This document shows, one piece after another, positions 40,501-53,460 of a stretch of DNA of 64,000 bases. Position numbers and translations under genes: made by a program. Under the pieces are notes generated by a model that saw nothing but the letters and a program-made list of their open reading frames with translations, did no database searches and had not been told where the DNA came from. The first letter of the stretch is position 1. Every line of letters starts with the position of its first letter. Source of the stretch: Balanoglossus misakiensis (taxonomy: Eukaryota; Animalia; Hemichordata); NCBI GenBank assembly GCA_040954595.2, contig CM082581.2, forward strand, positions 5,696,699 to 5,760,698, given 5' to 3'.

Positions 40501-43500
40501 TAGTTTAATTAATAACTCAACAATCATTTTACCGCAAAGTTCTGCATTTGTCATGTCACTCTTAACAGGTGTACCATCAGGTGTGTGAATGCTGTAACCT
40601 TTGAGGTTAGGCAGTCCGAGGTGCTGCACATTACCCCTTTCTCTTTTTGTCACTCGCCAATAGTAGAGTCTGTTGTATTCTCTGGTTCTCTGGGTTATTA
40701 ACAATGGTGGCGCCGTCACGCGCGATTTATGCTGCGTGATCCATCACCACTGGTGGCGCTGTCACTTTTTCTGCAGTGTGATGCATCAAAAGTGCTGTCA
40801 CTTCATATCACTTGAATGTCTGATCTATCATGCACCCGTGGTGGCGCCGTCACTTTTTGTGGCTGTCCGATCATTCACCAACATTGGGGCTGTCACCTTC
40901 TTTCACTCTCTGACCAATCGCAAATGATAGTTCTTCTGCACGTTCTCATCAAAACGCCGCATAGCCCAGTGCATCGAAGTTAAATGTTGCTGGCTATTAT
41001 TGCCGATTGATTTCATTCCTAAACAATCATTAACTCAGTTGTCAAAACTGAAAGCGGTTTCTATCCCTTCTTTGCCAAATGGGTGTTTCAGTATGTTTGA
41101 GAAATTCGAATAAGAAAGTAGAATTAACACAAGTTACATGCATACTCAATGATTTTTTTGTTTTTGTATACTCATTGTTTGTTTTTGTTTTGTTTTATTT
41201 TGTGTGTTTTTTTCCATACAAGTAGAACGAGAACTACCACCACGACCTGTGCAGGATTTCCGACCGGTGCCTGAGATGCCTAGCCCTGTACCTCCAAGAC
41301 CTCCCAAAACCCCCCAGCAACAGAGTACACCACCCGCACGCCCCCCTCCACAAGCAACACCCCCTCAGCGACCACCTCCACAAGCAACACCCCCTCAGCG
41401 ACCCCCTCCACAAGCAACACCCCCTCAGCGACCCCCTCCACAAGCAACACCCCCTCAGCGACCTCCAACGCAAAGTACACCGTCAAGGCTACAGCATAAA
41501 GAGCTCCCACAGATTCCAGTGGCCTCTCCGTCTAGGGTAAGTCTTCAGTCGTGCTGCTTAGCATGTTAAGAATCAGACACGTGTTTACTAGTAAACCTGT
41601 TCTTTGGTGCATGAAGCGACTGAATTGGGCATTTAAAGGCGTGACGGAAACAGACAATGCATCTCTAAGGTTTAGGGACTGAAAAACGACTACCACAACC
41701 TTAATCTTGGTGTTATGTATGATTGTAGAATCATTTTAGGAGTCTACTACCCTGCATGACTTCGTCATTTACAAGCAAAGCATTTTACTCCCACAATTCA
41801 ATTTTATTGCAATTTATATAGCTAGGACAGTATTATCACTGTTGTTACCGTAGTATCAATGTGAGAATTCTGATGTCAGTTCCGTCGACACTTGTTCAAA
41901 AAAACATGTTTTAGCTTGTGGTAATGAAACAATATATAAGTGAAATTGATTTCTATTTCTATATAGAAATATTTGAGACGTTATACCTGCGTCTTATACC
42001 AGCTGCATTTGGCAGCAAAGTTCGAGTCTACATAAACAGTTTCAATGTAAAACCTGTGTAATCCTCTCGTTGCCTTGAACAAGCTGAATTCCTGTGGATT
42101 GAGACAAATGACATTCCAATGTCTGAAGTAGATTAGAAGATAAATCGTCAACAAGGTGGAATGAAAGCCAAGGGTATACTCATTGGTATTTTTTAGAAAA
42201 ATGTTCATCCTACAACAGTGACCATTTCATGAATGCTGTGTCGGAAATTTTTAGTGGAAAAAGAGGAATGGGATGTGTTATTGAAGTGTTACTGTACCAT
42301 TTGTGAAATTGAAAAGTGCAAATATTTTCTAACCAGGACAATGAGGATATATAGAACACCATGTTAAATATTTTTTTTTCCAATATCAAGGAGTATGATG
42401 TATATAAGAAAAGCTCATTGCAACAATAGTTTCCTTTAAAGGAATACAATTACTTATTAATATGTCTGCATATATGTGGTTGGAAGGTAGAGTCAAAAGT
42501 CTTCTAATGACCATGTGGTGGCCCACCTTTTGGTTTGAAATTGAAAAATATTAACAGTTGCTAAATTTGCTTGGGTGGCCGTATACCTGCTTTTAATCTT
42601 GTGTCCATTGTCAAAGGTCAGTGTTTTGTACTCAATGTACCCTTTGTCTGCAGAGTGTTTTGTGTGAGGCAGAGTCAAAGTTCTGAATCCCCTCAGTTTG
42701 TTCCAAATAAACTTGGCACGTACTTGATTTATTTACTCCATCCAAGCTTGAAATTGATATGTGTGTGTGGTTGATCACATCCCAAGATAGCACAGCTATG
42801 AATGGACACAGTTTATTCTCAACCTATGCTAATTTTGCCACCAAAACTGTGGGCTAGCCTGCATTGGCTAGAGAAGCTAGTCTTGTATATATTTTAATGG
42901 ACTTGTCACCAAGAATAGATAGGCTGGCGATGATTTTGAGTCTGTGATGAATGGTGAATAAATTGACTTTGAGGTCCAATAGACAAGTATGAACGCATCA
43001 TTGATTGCTACACTAGCTGGATTGCTTCTGACAAGCGATTACTGATTTTTAGTTTTTACAGTATTGAGAACTGATGGTATTTTTGGTCAAGGTTTCAACA
43101 GAGATCAGCCTGCTTGAACATGTTCTGGAAAACAATTCATCTCTCATACATTGGTGGTGGCACTGAATGAAACTTAATTTTGGTACCGTAATAGGTGAAG
43201 TAGTATACAACATGTAAACTGAGAAATCAGAGTGTTCATAATCACAATATCATTAGAAGGCCAATATCGAGTGTGGTAAATATGAGAGAAATGTGGAGGG
43301 GGGGGGGGATGTATTGGTTGAAACTCCAAGGAAATAAAAGGGGGCTGAAATATAAAGGCATTTGTCACTGGCCACCAACTCTAAGTCTGAAAGGTTCATT
43401 AGTGTGAATCACCGCTTGGTGAGTCCTCTGCAGTCAATGTCACCTCAGGAGCATTCAGTCGCGTGTTCTGACTTGAGATTCCAGCGGATTAGCCATTCAT

Positions 43501-46500
43501 GGGGTTTTTTTGAACACACCATGGTCAATGTTGCACTCCATTCACTCCGGGCGCAGTGACGGTGAGATTGGCATTCGATCTCCATTGTGCGCTTTTCAGC
43601 GAGGTTGTTTCAGTGTGTTTGGAAACCTGTCTGTTCATGTTGCCTCATTGACTGTTCACTTGTTCCAAGGTTGGCGAGGGGACAAGTCTTGGAGGTTGGC
43701 CTGTCTATAGAATTCTGACCATTTAAAGTTTAAATGCATCGGGGGGAAGGTGTGGCCCCGTATTAAGTGATAAACATGTTTGGATGCCGTAGTCTCCTTT
43801 CAGTGATAACATTCTTCTCGTGTCGAGTGCTCAAACTATGGTGTTCTGCATAATACCATTGGTAGGTTTTTTTCCGAAGTGATGCTGTCTGATTTAAAAA
43901 AAATTATAATGTATCTGAATAGTCGTATTCAATGTTGAATGATTTCACAGGATTAAGATACAGTTGAATTACGCTGACTTTGGACTCGTACCTGCATGGT
44001 TGTAGTTGTGGGTACAGCGTTAACCATTGGTGAAAATTTGCTGGCTTTATGCAAATTTGTTCGTATTATTGGGGTGTGATGACCATTTCCCTTTTACGCT
44101 GGTTGCCCAAACTTTTGGCTGAACATTGCATGCTGTGAGATATTTTACTTTGATGTGTTTTTGGGAGCAATGTCTCTTGCCAGTTGTTGAGAATCAATTG
44201 GTCTTGCACAACTTGATTTGAATTCGATAATATTCAACTCAGTTTTTAAAATGACAACCCCAAACGTTTCTACTATGGTATCAATGTTTATTTCACCCAT
44301 CTCAACGTGAATGGTATATGGCAACCCACCATCTTCAGTTTTATTTGTCTTTATTGTGCAACATTGAGAAACGCATTGCAGTTCACATTTAGTGGTCTCT
44401 CTGATGTCAGAGTATATATTAAAATGTGAGTGTGTACTAGTTGCCAGAAAAGCGAGGAAACGTGACCTGGTGTATTTACACTGAGAGATCATGCAGCCAC
44501 CACTGGCCTCCCTTTGTTTGCTTCATGACAAACAAAACACTTATGATCAAACATTGTCATTTATGGAATGTGCATAAACATATTGCACACGTACAGATAG
44601 ATGACAATAGACTTCCTCATTTATTTCTGTACGCTGTCAACACTCGCTGGAGACAAGCAATTGGTCGTTAGGCGTATTTGATATACTGGTGTGCATTCAA
44701 CATGGCAGTTATGATCTGAAGAGCGGGCACCAGATGTCGGCCTGCGTTTTGCTTCACATATGCTCTTTCGCGATTGTGCGCTGTGAAGTGTTGGAATAAA
44801 TAATAACTTGACACTTGTACCCCTGGGAGATGCATTGTGCAATTAAAACTAAAAATGGGAAAAAAAGTACTGTGTGTGTGTCCCGTCAGTGCATTAGGTG
44901 AGAAAAAAAGGTTGCTTCAATGCATTCTGCCCTGACAGAGAATCTCATGAATGGAAACATCTCGACTTGTGATATACTTTGCACCTGCTACATCACAGAT
45001 ATTTTTTTTATTACAAGCGCGGTACGTAGAACCAATGTGAATAGTGAATATGGGTCTGATAAATGTGTCACAAACTTTAAAAAACTAAAATCACTGTGCA
45101 GAAGTTTACGTGTGAATCTCACCATACTTAGTTCAGTTACACCAAATTTCATGCATCGCTGTTGTTATTGGTTGGATAATTTTGTTACGTAATTAGTGAA
45201 TGAGGTCAAATTTTAACCCTTTCTCTCCTCCTCTGATTAAAGGGTTATCACTAATTCCTTGGAACAGACAGGTCCCGGCCAAAAGACAATGCTTTGATCA
45301 GTACCCTACCAAGTGATACATTACATGATATCTTGTACACTCATATTCTGGGACCAAAATAACAGTACTCTATGCTCCAATCAACTACAATTTTCATAAA
45401 TTAAAATAGGTTCTCATCCAATCATGACACTTGTGGCACTGTTGCACTGATATAACATAATTCCAATCAAATAGGACCACAGTGTCCTTGGTGCTATATT
45501 GTCTTCAACAAACACTGGCTGTTGTGGTAAATTCTATCGATTTTAAAAATAAAGTTATAACTTATAATGGTACAAATTTATTGAATGCACACCAAATTGC
45601 ATGTGCAAATGAAGGTTCTGACACCATGACATCAACAAAGTTGGATTCAATTGGATAGATTGTACGAGGTTTATCAGGGACTTGTTGATCATTGTTCTAC
45701 ATTTGTATTGAATTGTGCAGTCATTGTGTATTAATATGAGCCAGTATGGCACTCTATTGTCGGGGGTTTCATGTAAAAACACTGACATCTTGTCGTGATT
45801 GTCGCAATTTAAATTAGCCTTGGATAACTTCGGTACCCCCTAGCAGTCCCCGCAAAGCACAAAGACCAACCATCAGTTAAGTAAACAATGCACCATATGC
45901 AGACCAGTGTGTTGTATTTCCATCATTTTTGCATTCATTTCATCTGCCCTGCCAATTTGCTGCAAACTTACCCACTGGAAAATTTAATTTCATTCCATGC
46001 CCACATCTCTTTGTTTGGTTTATTGATGGAGCTCACCCTAACGAGAGATAACCAGCTGGTCTGGTTAATGAACACAGTGGGAGTACTTGTAACAATGGAA
46101 AGACAATGGAGAATCTGATGTCGACTGATAGTCACCAAACATTTTCTTCTAATATTCCATGGCAATATGTAATAAAAAGAAGTACATGATTGATACTCTA
46201 GTGTTAATACTTGTCTATACTAAATGATCCTATGATAAATCTGTTTCTGGTTTATAAATACAAGCTTGTCTTGTAATATCTGTGAATGCCTATAGCAGAG
46301 ATGATCACAGAGATCTGTCTTGGACATCTGATCATGCTTGGAGCCAGCCTAGAGGATGTTTTTGTATCATATGGCATTCTGGGGGATGGGAGAAATATTG
46401 GACGGCTACAGACAGTGAATATTGTGTTAAATTCTGGGCAAATAAAAGTTGGAAAACTGAGATATTTGAGACCAGAGCTATTAACATTTTACTCTCACTG

Positions 46501-49500
46501 TTTATACAAGGATCATGCGATGGACATTTTATCAGGCCTTTAAAAATTATGGATGTCTGCAATCTTCCATCTATGTGAATGTTACAAGACCTTTACTGAA
46601 AATTACCAACATTAAAAAAAAAATTAAACATCTGTCAAAAAATCAGCAACTTCCCAAGCATAGCCGGGAGAACTTGCTTGTAACTTCTACACCCTACACC
46701 CCAAAATATTTATTTGCTGCCATAAAGAAGCCTGTGGTTTATGGCAATATTGTCAACATAGCTATTCATTGCAATAGTTTAAACATGTCGCTGTATTTAA
46801 ACCTAAAGTTATATTTTGTTTATCTGACAGCGGGAGTGTTAATAAATTTTGTAAGTTTGGGTAACAAAAGTGTGACATGACAGCAGTTGTTACCAGTGCT
46901 CATAAAATAAAACACATCCCATTTCATGTTCTCTTATTCATCAGAGGCCCCCGGCCATGGGAGAGCTGTTTTCATGATAAACACTATTATCCGGTGATAG
47001 CCACGTCAGCTGTCATGTGCACCCAAGGGCGCTTTTTGTGGCGTTGCAAGGACTTGGCCTTTTTTATTTTTATCAGAATTTTTGGTTGAATTTCTGTCTG
47101 TGTTCCAACCTTTGCAAATCCGAGTTAATGTCTTTGAATGCATCCGCGCGCCGATATTGAGGGCTGTTGAGCAGTTCAATGTTGAGTGTGGCTTTTAGTG
47201 GATTTTCTGTGAAGGACACAATACACATTGGACACAAATGTGTGTGTCGTGAATAGTTGGTTTAAGTGTATTACCGTTGATAACAGTCCAACATCTGGTT
47301 GTTGGGTGTTGAATATGGACATGTTAAACTCTGGAGAGAGTGAAAACTATGGAGTTGGAGGCCCAGTAGATCTAACCTTTTATTTTCTATTTTCTGTCTT
47401 AAATTATTGTGTAATAATCCTCACACTCCTTGTCAATTTACACCTTTGAAATTAAAATGAATGTGAAAATAAACAGGTAGTGAGGCTTTGAGAGAAGCTT
47501 GATAAAAATACTGGTATTATTCTTTGATCTATTCAATTTCTGTAATTTGTTGCTGTGGGATGGAAGCAGATGACGATTAGTGGTAGTTGAACATGAATGT
47601 CAGGCACATAGACAGAAATGCCATTTTTTATATGTGTATAAATAAAAACAAATAAATAACAATATATATATGCACTCTTGAACGATATGATGTCACTTAT
47701 AAGAATACTGTGTTTTACTTTTAATTTCTTGATTCATAAATTATAATGATTCTTTTTGATTCTATTCAGAATGAATTTGAAGGTTACCCGTTCTACCATG
47801 GTGCGTTGGAACGGGTCAGGGCAGAATCAGCTTTGAAAGAGTCGGCAAAGGTAATCACCAAGTTCTGATATCTTTAATTAATACATTTCATCCAGTAGAC
47901 TTGTGACAATCATGTCCAAACTGTATTGATTGGCTGATCAAATTGCAGTTTAGACATCCCACAATCCAAAATGAAACCCCAGATATTCAGCTTTTTTTTT
48001 TCGTATTGTGTCTGTTGTTGTTTCTGTAGAATGGAGCATTTATCGTGCGTGACGGCAGAGGCGGTATTAATTCCAACGATCCGTACACAATATCCGTCTG
48101 GTACAACGGAAAACCGTGGAATCTCAAAATCAGCAGGCGACCCAGCGGAAAGTACGCTCTCGGTGCTGTCAAAGCTGGTGAAACGGTAAGCGAGATTGTG
48201 GCTCAGTTTGTACTGTCAGAAGACCTTGTACTGGTCATTCTTGTGTGTATTTGTGTTGTGATACAATCCAATAAGGTTGCTGGGTTGCCCATTTTGTTAT
48301 GATTTTTTTTGCATATCCAGAGTCATTACGTGGACATGCATGATACGATTCCATCCTGACTTGGTGCAATGATAATGTACTATGGTGTACATATACACAT
48401 CAATATTTATTTCACGTTATCATCAAATGTGGCCACCAAGCAACCATTTTTGTTTGTTTGTTTCCACGCCTGGAGCCAATAATTGGACAGGCCTGAACTG
48501 ATTCCATGCATATGCACACACGTAGGCATGCCAATTCATATCATAATATATGATCCAATATGGCTGCTGGTGATATTTTGATATGCGCCAATGTAGTACC
48601 ATAGCTGGAACCGTGTCATTGACAATGACTTGTTTATACCATAAAACACACCACTCTATATCAGTGATGTTGTTTGTAGTATCTACAATGCATTGTTTAT
48701 GAGTGATGAATATGTGAGCTTGGGAGTGTCCATAGTGTCGGATGCAGTTATGGGTAGTGCGCAATGCATCATGGAACCAGAAAACACACCTATTTCAGTT
48801 TTGTTTGGCATGGCTGTAATCACCAGGGAAGCTAGGGGAGGAATCATAATTTATTGTCTCTATGGAAATTATAATTATAATTGCCGCTTGTTTGCCAAAG
48901 TTGCTAATAACTAGGTTACGTCTTCATGTGTATGTGTGATGTAACAGGCACGCATGTTGAATTTGACTCGTGTATATCCAAGGAAATCCAATGATTCTTG
49001 ACAATACTGCTGTGTGGTCTCACCAATATTAAAGTGAGACTGTGATCACAGTCTCATTTTGATAATGGTGAGACACCCCTCCCCCTCCCCTTCCCCCTCC
49101 CCCACCCCAACACTCTCTGTAGAGGTCAACTTCACCAACCAAACCATAGTGGGGAAACCAAATTTGCACCTTTTGTAATTCACACTCCATCTCATTGATG
49201 GGCCACCAGTGACCTTTGAAATTGAAAGCTGTGACTAAAAGTTGAATATAAAATGCCATTGAACACCATATATAACATATGACTTGTTTGCGAACAAGCT
49301 CAGTGTGAATGGCCGCTTATTCAATTTTAATGGTGATGGTCACACATGCAAAACACCCTGTACCAGTATATTCAACTGTTCATTCCAGTTTTGTCTGCAC
49401 GGTTGTGTAAACACCATGTTGTCAAAAAACAAGGACAGTAGATATGGCAGACTTTAATTTTAGCAAATCAAAATGAAATGTTAATCGGCTCATCTAGTTG

Positions 49501-52209
49501 TTCCATCTCCCCACAACTTGCAAATCCATTTATCAAAGAAAAAATCAAATAACAATTATGATCAAATCTGTCTTAAAAAAACACCTATAGGGACACCTTT
49601 CTGTAATGGCAACGACAGAAAGGCAGCCTTCGTTGCATTGTATGGGAGTTGATTAACTTATTTATAGACTTTTATCCGAAACCACAAACTGCAATCAAAC
49701 GCTAGAATTTCACGTCCGGAGCATTTAATCCATGACCATACACTACACAGTTTGCACTGTTTTGGGAAAGATAGCCTTTTACTGACAAAATTACACTTAC
49801 TACCAAAAAATTGTTTTTTGAAACACACCATACACGTTCTGAAATTGGATTTTACCAGATAATCATAGATTGCTTGTTAATTACATTCATGGCAATTAAT
49901 GCTCTCAGTGTTTTTCTGGTCCTTATTATCCCCGGTCACTGAACCTCAGGTAATGCCTCTCACCAAACCATTAAAACTGTTAATTCAACCAGAAAAAAAA
50001 ATAACCATAATTTTAGAAATGATTGATCAGTACAATAAAGGTAATGTGACTTTCAGTGTGATGAAGTTTAAGGTATGTTATTTCATGCTGTCGTTTTTTA
50101 GTTACAAGCTGCTTGCTCGGTAATTTTTAATGATGACAGACATGGTGACAGAGCTACATATATGTAGTTGGAAGATTTCGATAATGGAGGCAGCAATGTA
50201 CAATAGGAGCGAAAAGCAGATATGGGTATTTCGGATGAGTGATAAGTTAAATTTAAATATTTTAGTTGGGTTTCTGGATAAAGGTTAAAAGGTCCACTCA
50301 TATTTCACTTTAATTTGCTTCTGTGTCAAAAGGACATGAAAAGGTCTCTAGATTAGACAGGGTACGGTTTAGACAGGTTTCACTGTACATGTATAATCAG
50401 TGTAAGAAATCTCATCTAAGGTCCTTGTGTGTGAGATTCATTTTCTCGCATGATCACAAAATTTATTTAGCTTCCACTGGAAACATTGCATTATTGATTG
50501 CATGACTGTTGTCTATCACATTCCTGTTCATGTTGTCTGCCACAATACACACCATTGGATAATTTTTTTCATGCGTTAATGATCAAAGAACATTTATAAT
50601 CCAATCAACACTCAAGTAATAATTCTTTGTAATCTGTGAGATTGTGAGATCGATCTGTGTGCCCACACCGTTGATCCTACACTCCTAGCAGCCAGGAATG
50701 TGAGAAGTGACTTGTATTCTACAATGTTGGCATAAACTGAATCAACTTGTGTGGGTGTTGTGGATAATCTTTCAGGAAGTTTTTTCATCATAATATTGAG
50801 TTTTGGGGGAAACACTGGGATGAATTCATCGAGAATAGCAACATTTAGCAATCAAAATTGGAGTGAGTTCCCTATGAAGTTAGAAACCAAACCCCGTGAT
50901 TCCAAGAAATACAAATATCACAAGGTCAAACGGTGTCACTGTGGTGTTTCAATTCAGTTTTGACTCCTACTGTTCTTGGTAAGGGTAGTAACCTAGTTCA
51001 ATGTTACTGTGATTCTCCAGTCATTTTACTGGGGGTTCCCCTGGATGTATCAATGCAATCATATTAATGGATAGCAGAAGTGTTACTGGGGATTCCAATT
51101 CATTTACCAATGTTCCCCAACCTTTAGCAAAGCCACTGTACTCCACATGTGGCTTTTTTGTCACATTATTTTTTTTAAATTAGCCGAGAGAAGTAGAGCC
51201 TGGCTGCCAATATACAGACCTAGCTATCAGAAATTAGAAAGAGTCAATTTTTTTTTTACATCAACAGCAATTGTAATTATGCATGACGAAATACCCATAG
51301 TAAATGGCACAGAAATTCACTGCTCACTGTGTCTCACGTGACTAGACAAGCAGCACGTACACAGGCAAGGCCACGCATGCGCGTCCACAGTTCATGAACG
51401 TTGCCACGTGCGTTTCTGGAGGAGTTTGCACAACAGTGTGGTTGGTTATGCACATAGACACTGATTCAGTTTTATCGTCCCAGTGCATGGACGAGAAAGG
51501 GGTCTGAAAGGAGTTTATATCTCCGGCCTGAAATTTGAGCGTGGACGTGATATTAAAGCTGTCTCTGGTCCGAGTCAGAAGGTTCAATCTTGATTTCAGG
51601 CATAGAGAAGACCTGAGTCAGGCACTTCCTTCAAATGTGTTGGAGTGATTTGCATGGGGCGAGGACCAAATATAAATCCTTCAGGGAGAATAAATATTTA
51701 GTCATGGCCAGGTCCAAGATAAATTGTGTGTGTGTGAAGAAGGTTAATGATTTTCTGGAATTCACCTTCAAGTGTTGCTTATCGTTCAAGTACACTCGGG
51801 TATCTTCAATCTCTCATTGTCATCGTCTTCATTCATGATCTCCTTATAGCCGGCAGATGAACTTGTTTTGATCTGATAAGTGCATGCTTATCAAAACCTA
51901 GAAGTGTGGAAATTGTACATGTATTTCTATCAGATAAATTTAGCATATCAAATACCAAATGCAAAAGTATTGGATTTATTTGATTTTTTCCACAACCAGA
52001 ATGTAATTCACAGAACACTCTTTCAGATAAATCTCATATAATCTCAATTTAATATATACATTTACGCGCTGACTGATGACAACTGCTTTTCTTCACAGAC
52101 GTTTAGCACACCACTGGAGTTGGTGCAGTATCACCGTGACAACAGCCTTGTTCTTGCCGGCGATGCGGGTCGAGTCTGCCTGATGATACCGGCCCCTGTT
52201 TACGATTGA
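28546..52209 (+). CDS. LCP2: SLP-76/BLNK/CLNK-family SH2 adaptor (SAM, acidic YxxP region, Pro-rich region, C-terminal SH2), ~964 aa
   Basis: 20 exons splicing in frame: 28546-28623, 30249-30311, 31002-31060, 31700-31759, 32014-32087, 32437-32471, 33138-33194, 33415-33454, 33884-33934, 34061-34126, 36052-36092, 36279-36313, 36788-36971, 37315-~37435, 37721-37780, 39194-40405, 41226-41536, 47770-47850, 48030-48185, 52099-52209. N-term MATKNLPSADTLHSWSVNDVQDWLKLNGYNEFVLPFRGHKFDGRKLL parallels SLP-76 SAM MALRNVPFRSEVLGWDPDSLADYFKKLNYKDCEKAVKKYHIDGARFL; GWGSDF then acidic tyrosines; SH2 FYHGALERVRAESAL..NGAFIVRD..DPYTISVWY....WNLKI....GKYALG..K.GE.F.T..ELV.YH....LVL matches BLNK/SLP-76 SH2. Likely a pro-orthologue of LCP2/BLNK/CLNK rather than a 1:1 LCP2 orthologue. 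Confidence 0.85.
29119..29203. mobile_element. Short palindromic MITE-like element in SLP-76-like intron 1
   Basis: tagctgtggtacgcaactgtaccgttggggg ... ccccccaaacggtacagctgcgtaccacagcta, ~30-bp inverted arms flanked by TA. Confidence 0.7.
30335..30549. mobile_element. Tc1/mariner-type MITE (family B), copy 2
   Basis: TA-ctgtaaaacactttattttcgc ... ctcgcgaaaataaagtgttttacag-TA; colinear with 17564-17777. Confidence 0.85.
33702..33786. mobile_element. piggyBac-type MITE (family A)
   Basis: TTAAccctttcaccaccatggtttg ... gatgaaagggTTAA; reverse orientation relative to 15392 copy. Confidence 0.7.
34427..34624. mobile_element. Two family-A MITE copies in inverted orientation
   Basis: 34427-34522 (tttggtccaaatgcattgttttctatggtaaagttgga..) and 34533-34624 (TTAAccccttcacc...aaccatggtggccaaagtgTTAA) are reverse complements of the same family consensus. 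Confidence 0.6.
34632..35004. mobile_element. Non-autonomous DNA transposon with terminal and internal inverted repeats (Kolobok-like, tentative)
   Basis: Ends gactgtagttgtaactt / aagttacaactactgtc; internal IR tgacctgaacataccatta..aaacggggtggccaaccgt / acggtcggccaccccattttgtaatggtatgttcaggtca; related end aactacaactagtgtcccTTTAA at ~22447. Confidence 0.55.
39580..39810 (+). repeat. Coding 42-bp tandem repeat (PQVPxWKKTQ-type 14-aa unit)
   Basis: PHIPSWKRPQTTETE PQVPSWKKTQNTDTT PQVPAWKKTQNAATT SQVPAWKKTQTTETE PQVPSWKRTQ in exon 39194-40405 (unit is 14-15 aa). Confidence 0.85.
40700..40900. repeat. Degenerate intronic minisatellite (~45-bp period, core ggtggcgcYgtcac)
   Basis: Core recurs at ~40705, ~40752, ~40791, ~40840, ~40885. 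Confidence 0.6.
41338..41480 (+). repeat. Coding 30-bp tandem repeat (RPPPQATPPQ x4-5)
   Basis: cgaccYcctccacaagcaacaccccctcag repeated in exon 41226-41536. Confidence 0.9.
45213..45247. mobile_element. Minimal family-A-like piggyBac end pair
   Basis: TTAAcccttt-ctctcctcctctgatt-aaagggTTA. Confidence 0.4.
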
Positions 52210-53007
52210 ACCAATGAGAGGAGAGGTCAGACACTGCTTCAGAATATACAATTATTAAGCCAATCATAGGGGTTTTTTTTGAGGAAATTTATAATATGTA
52301 ATCAGAAAGATATTTTTATACAGTGATTTTTATGCTGACATTCAGTATAGAAGTGAAGCACGATGTTAATTTTTTTTTAAATCATGAGGAAAATTAAGAC
52401 ATTTGAGAATGTCACTGAATTTTTATGTGAGTGTCGTTTCTACACGTAGCATCATATGATGTGGCTTTGTACATGGGAACAGAATTATGTTTTCCCAAGC
52501 ATGATTAATAACCTTTATTGTTAATGTCTTCTAACGTTAGATGAAAGAGAGTGGGTGATTGAAGGTCGTGAACTTGTATAGATTTTGTTAGTGCAGTAGA
52601 TACACATGCATTTGGCTATGCCATTACTACATCCTTGACTCTGTGTGTGTGTGTTTTCCTCAACGAGTGAGTCCAGTGACGCTCAGCTGAACGAGCCTAG
52701 AACATGCAGTGTGCCCTCTAACAAACATAAATTTTTAGAATCTTTGAGTCGATTTGATGATTTCAACAACTTTCTCTGAGTCAACCCTATACCCTTGCAA
52801 TGTAGTGTTGATAATTATTTTTGGAGTCACCAGTGAGTTTGTTGAGTCAGTGGCACGTCATATACATATAGGCTTAGTAGGGCACACTGCTAACAAGGCT
52901 GGTTTGGCTACACAGTACTACAGACATGGCTGACTCTGTGGGCTCCACATAGCTCTGTTGGACTGTCTGTTTGACTGAGATGCAGAGCTACATTTATGTA
53001 GCAAATG

Positions 53008-53009
<2 letters not shown>

Positions 53010-53080
<71 letters not shown>
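53010..53080. repeat. Compound microsatellite (GT)n(GA)n
   Basis: Direct reading of 53010-53080. Confidence 0.95.
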
Positions 53081-53085
<5 letters not shown>

Positions 53086-53427
53086 CCATCTTGTGTGTGT
53101 AAATATAGTTTCAGAGTCAGATTATGGGAGGGGATATGACTGCAGCTGAACAGAATGATGAGTGGGTTTGCCATTCCTTTGCTCATCCTGTGGATGTCCT
53201 CTTCCAGGCTGCAGGGGAGTGTGGTTTTGTGTCATAGCTGGGTGTGATTTGTAAAACAGGATGTGATTGGGCCAGACTGGGTGAGTTTTTTTATGACGCC
53301 AAGAATGGGGTTGGCTCCTGATGAGACACAAGAAATGGGTTGGTTTATTTGCGATCTGGTTGTATCTTTAATACTTAGCTTTTATAGAGGAACCAGAAGT
53401 GTCAGTCAATGAATGTTATGGTTGTTA

Positions 53428-53460
53428 GTTTGTTTGTTTGTTTGTTTGTTTGTTTGTTTG
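53428..53460. repeat. (GTTT)n microsatellite
   Basis: Direct reading; a similar tract is at ~11853-11874. Confidence 0.9.

Noticed and set aside
40745-40762. CTCF-like ggtggcgct words in the minisatellite
   Set aside because: 5' half of the CTCF consensus is poorly matched.
42900-47000. Possible nested gene or decayed retroelement in the 6-kb SLP-76-like intron (ORFs 44145-44492, 46286-46543)
   Set aside because: Short ORFs with no recognisable domain, frequent stops and no consistent splice chain.
48400-52000. ORFs in the last SLP-76-like intron (48423-48764, 50612-50851, 51342-51587)
   Set aside because: No recognisable motifs; the SH2 exons splice in frame without them.
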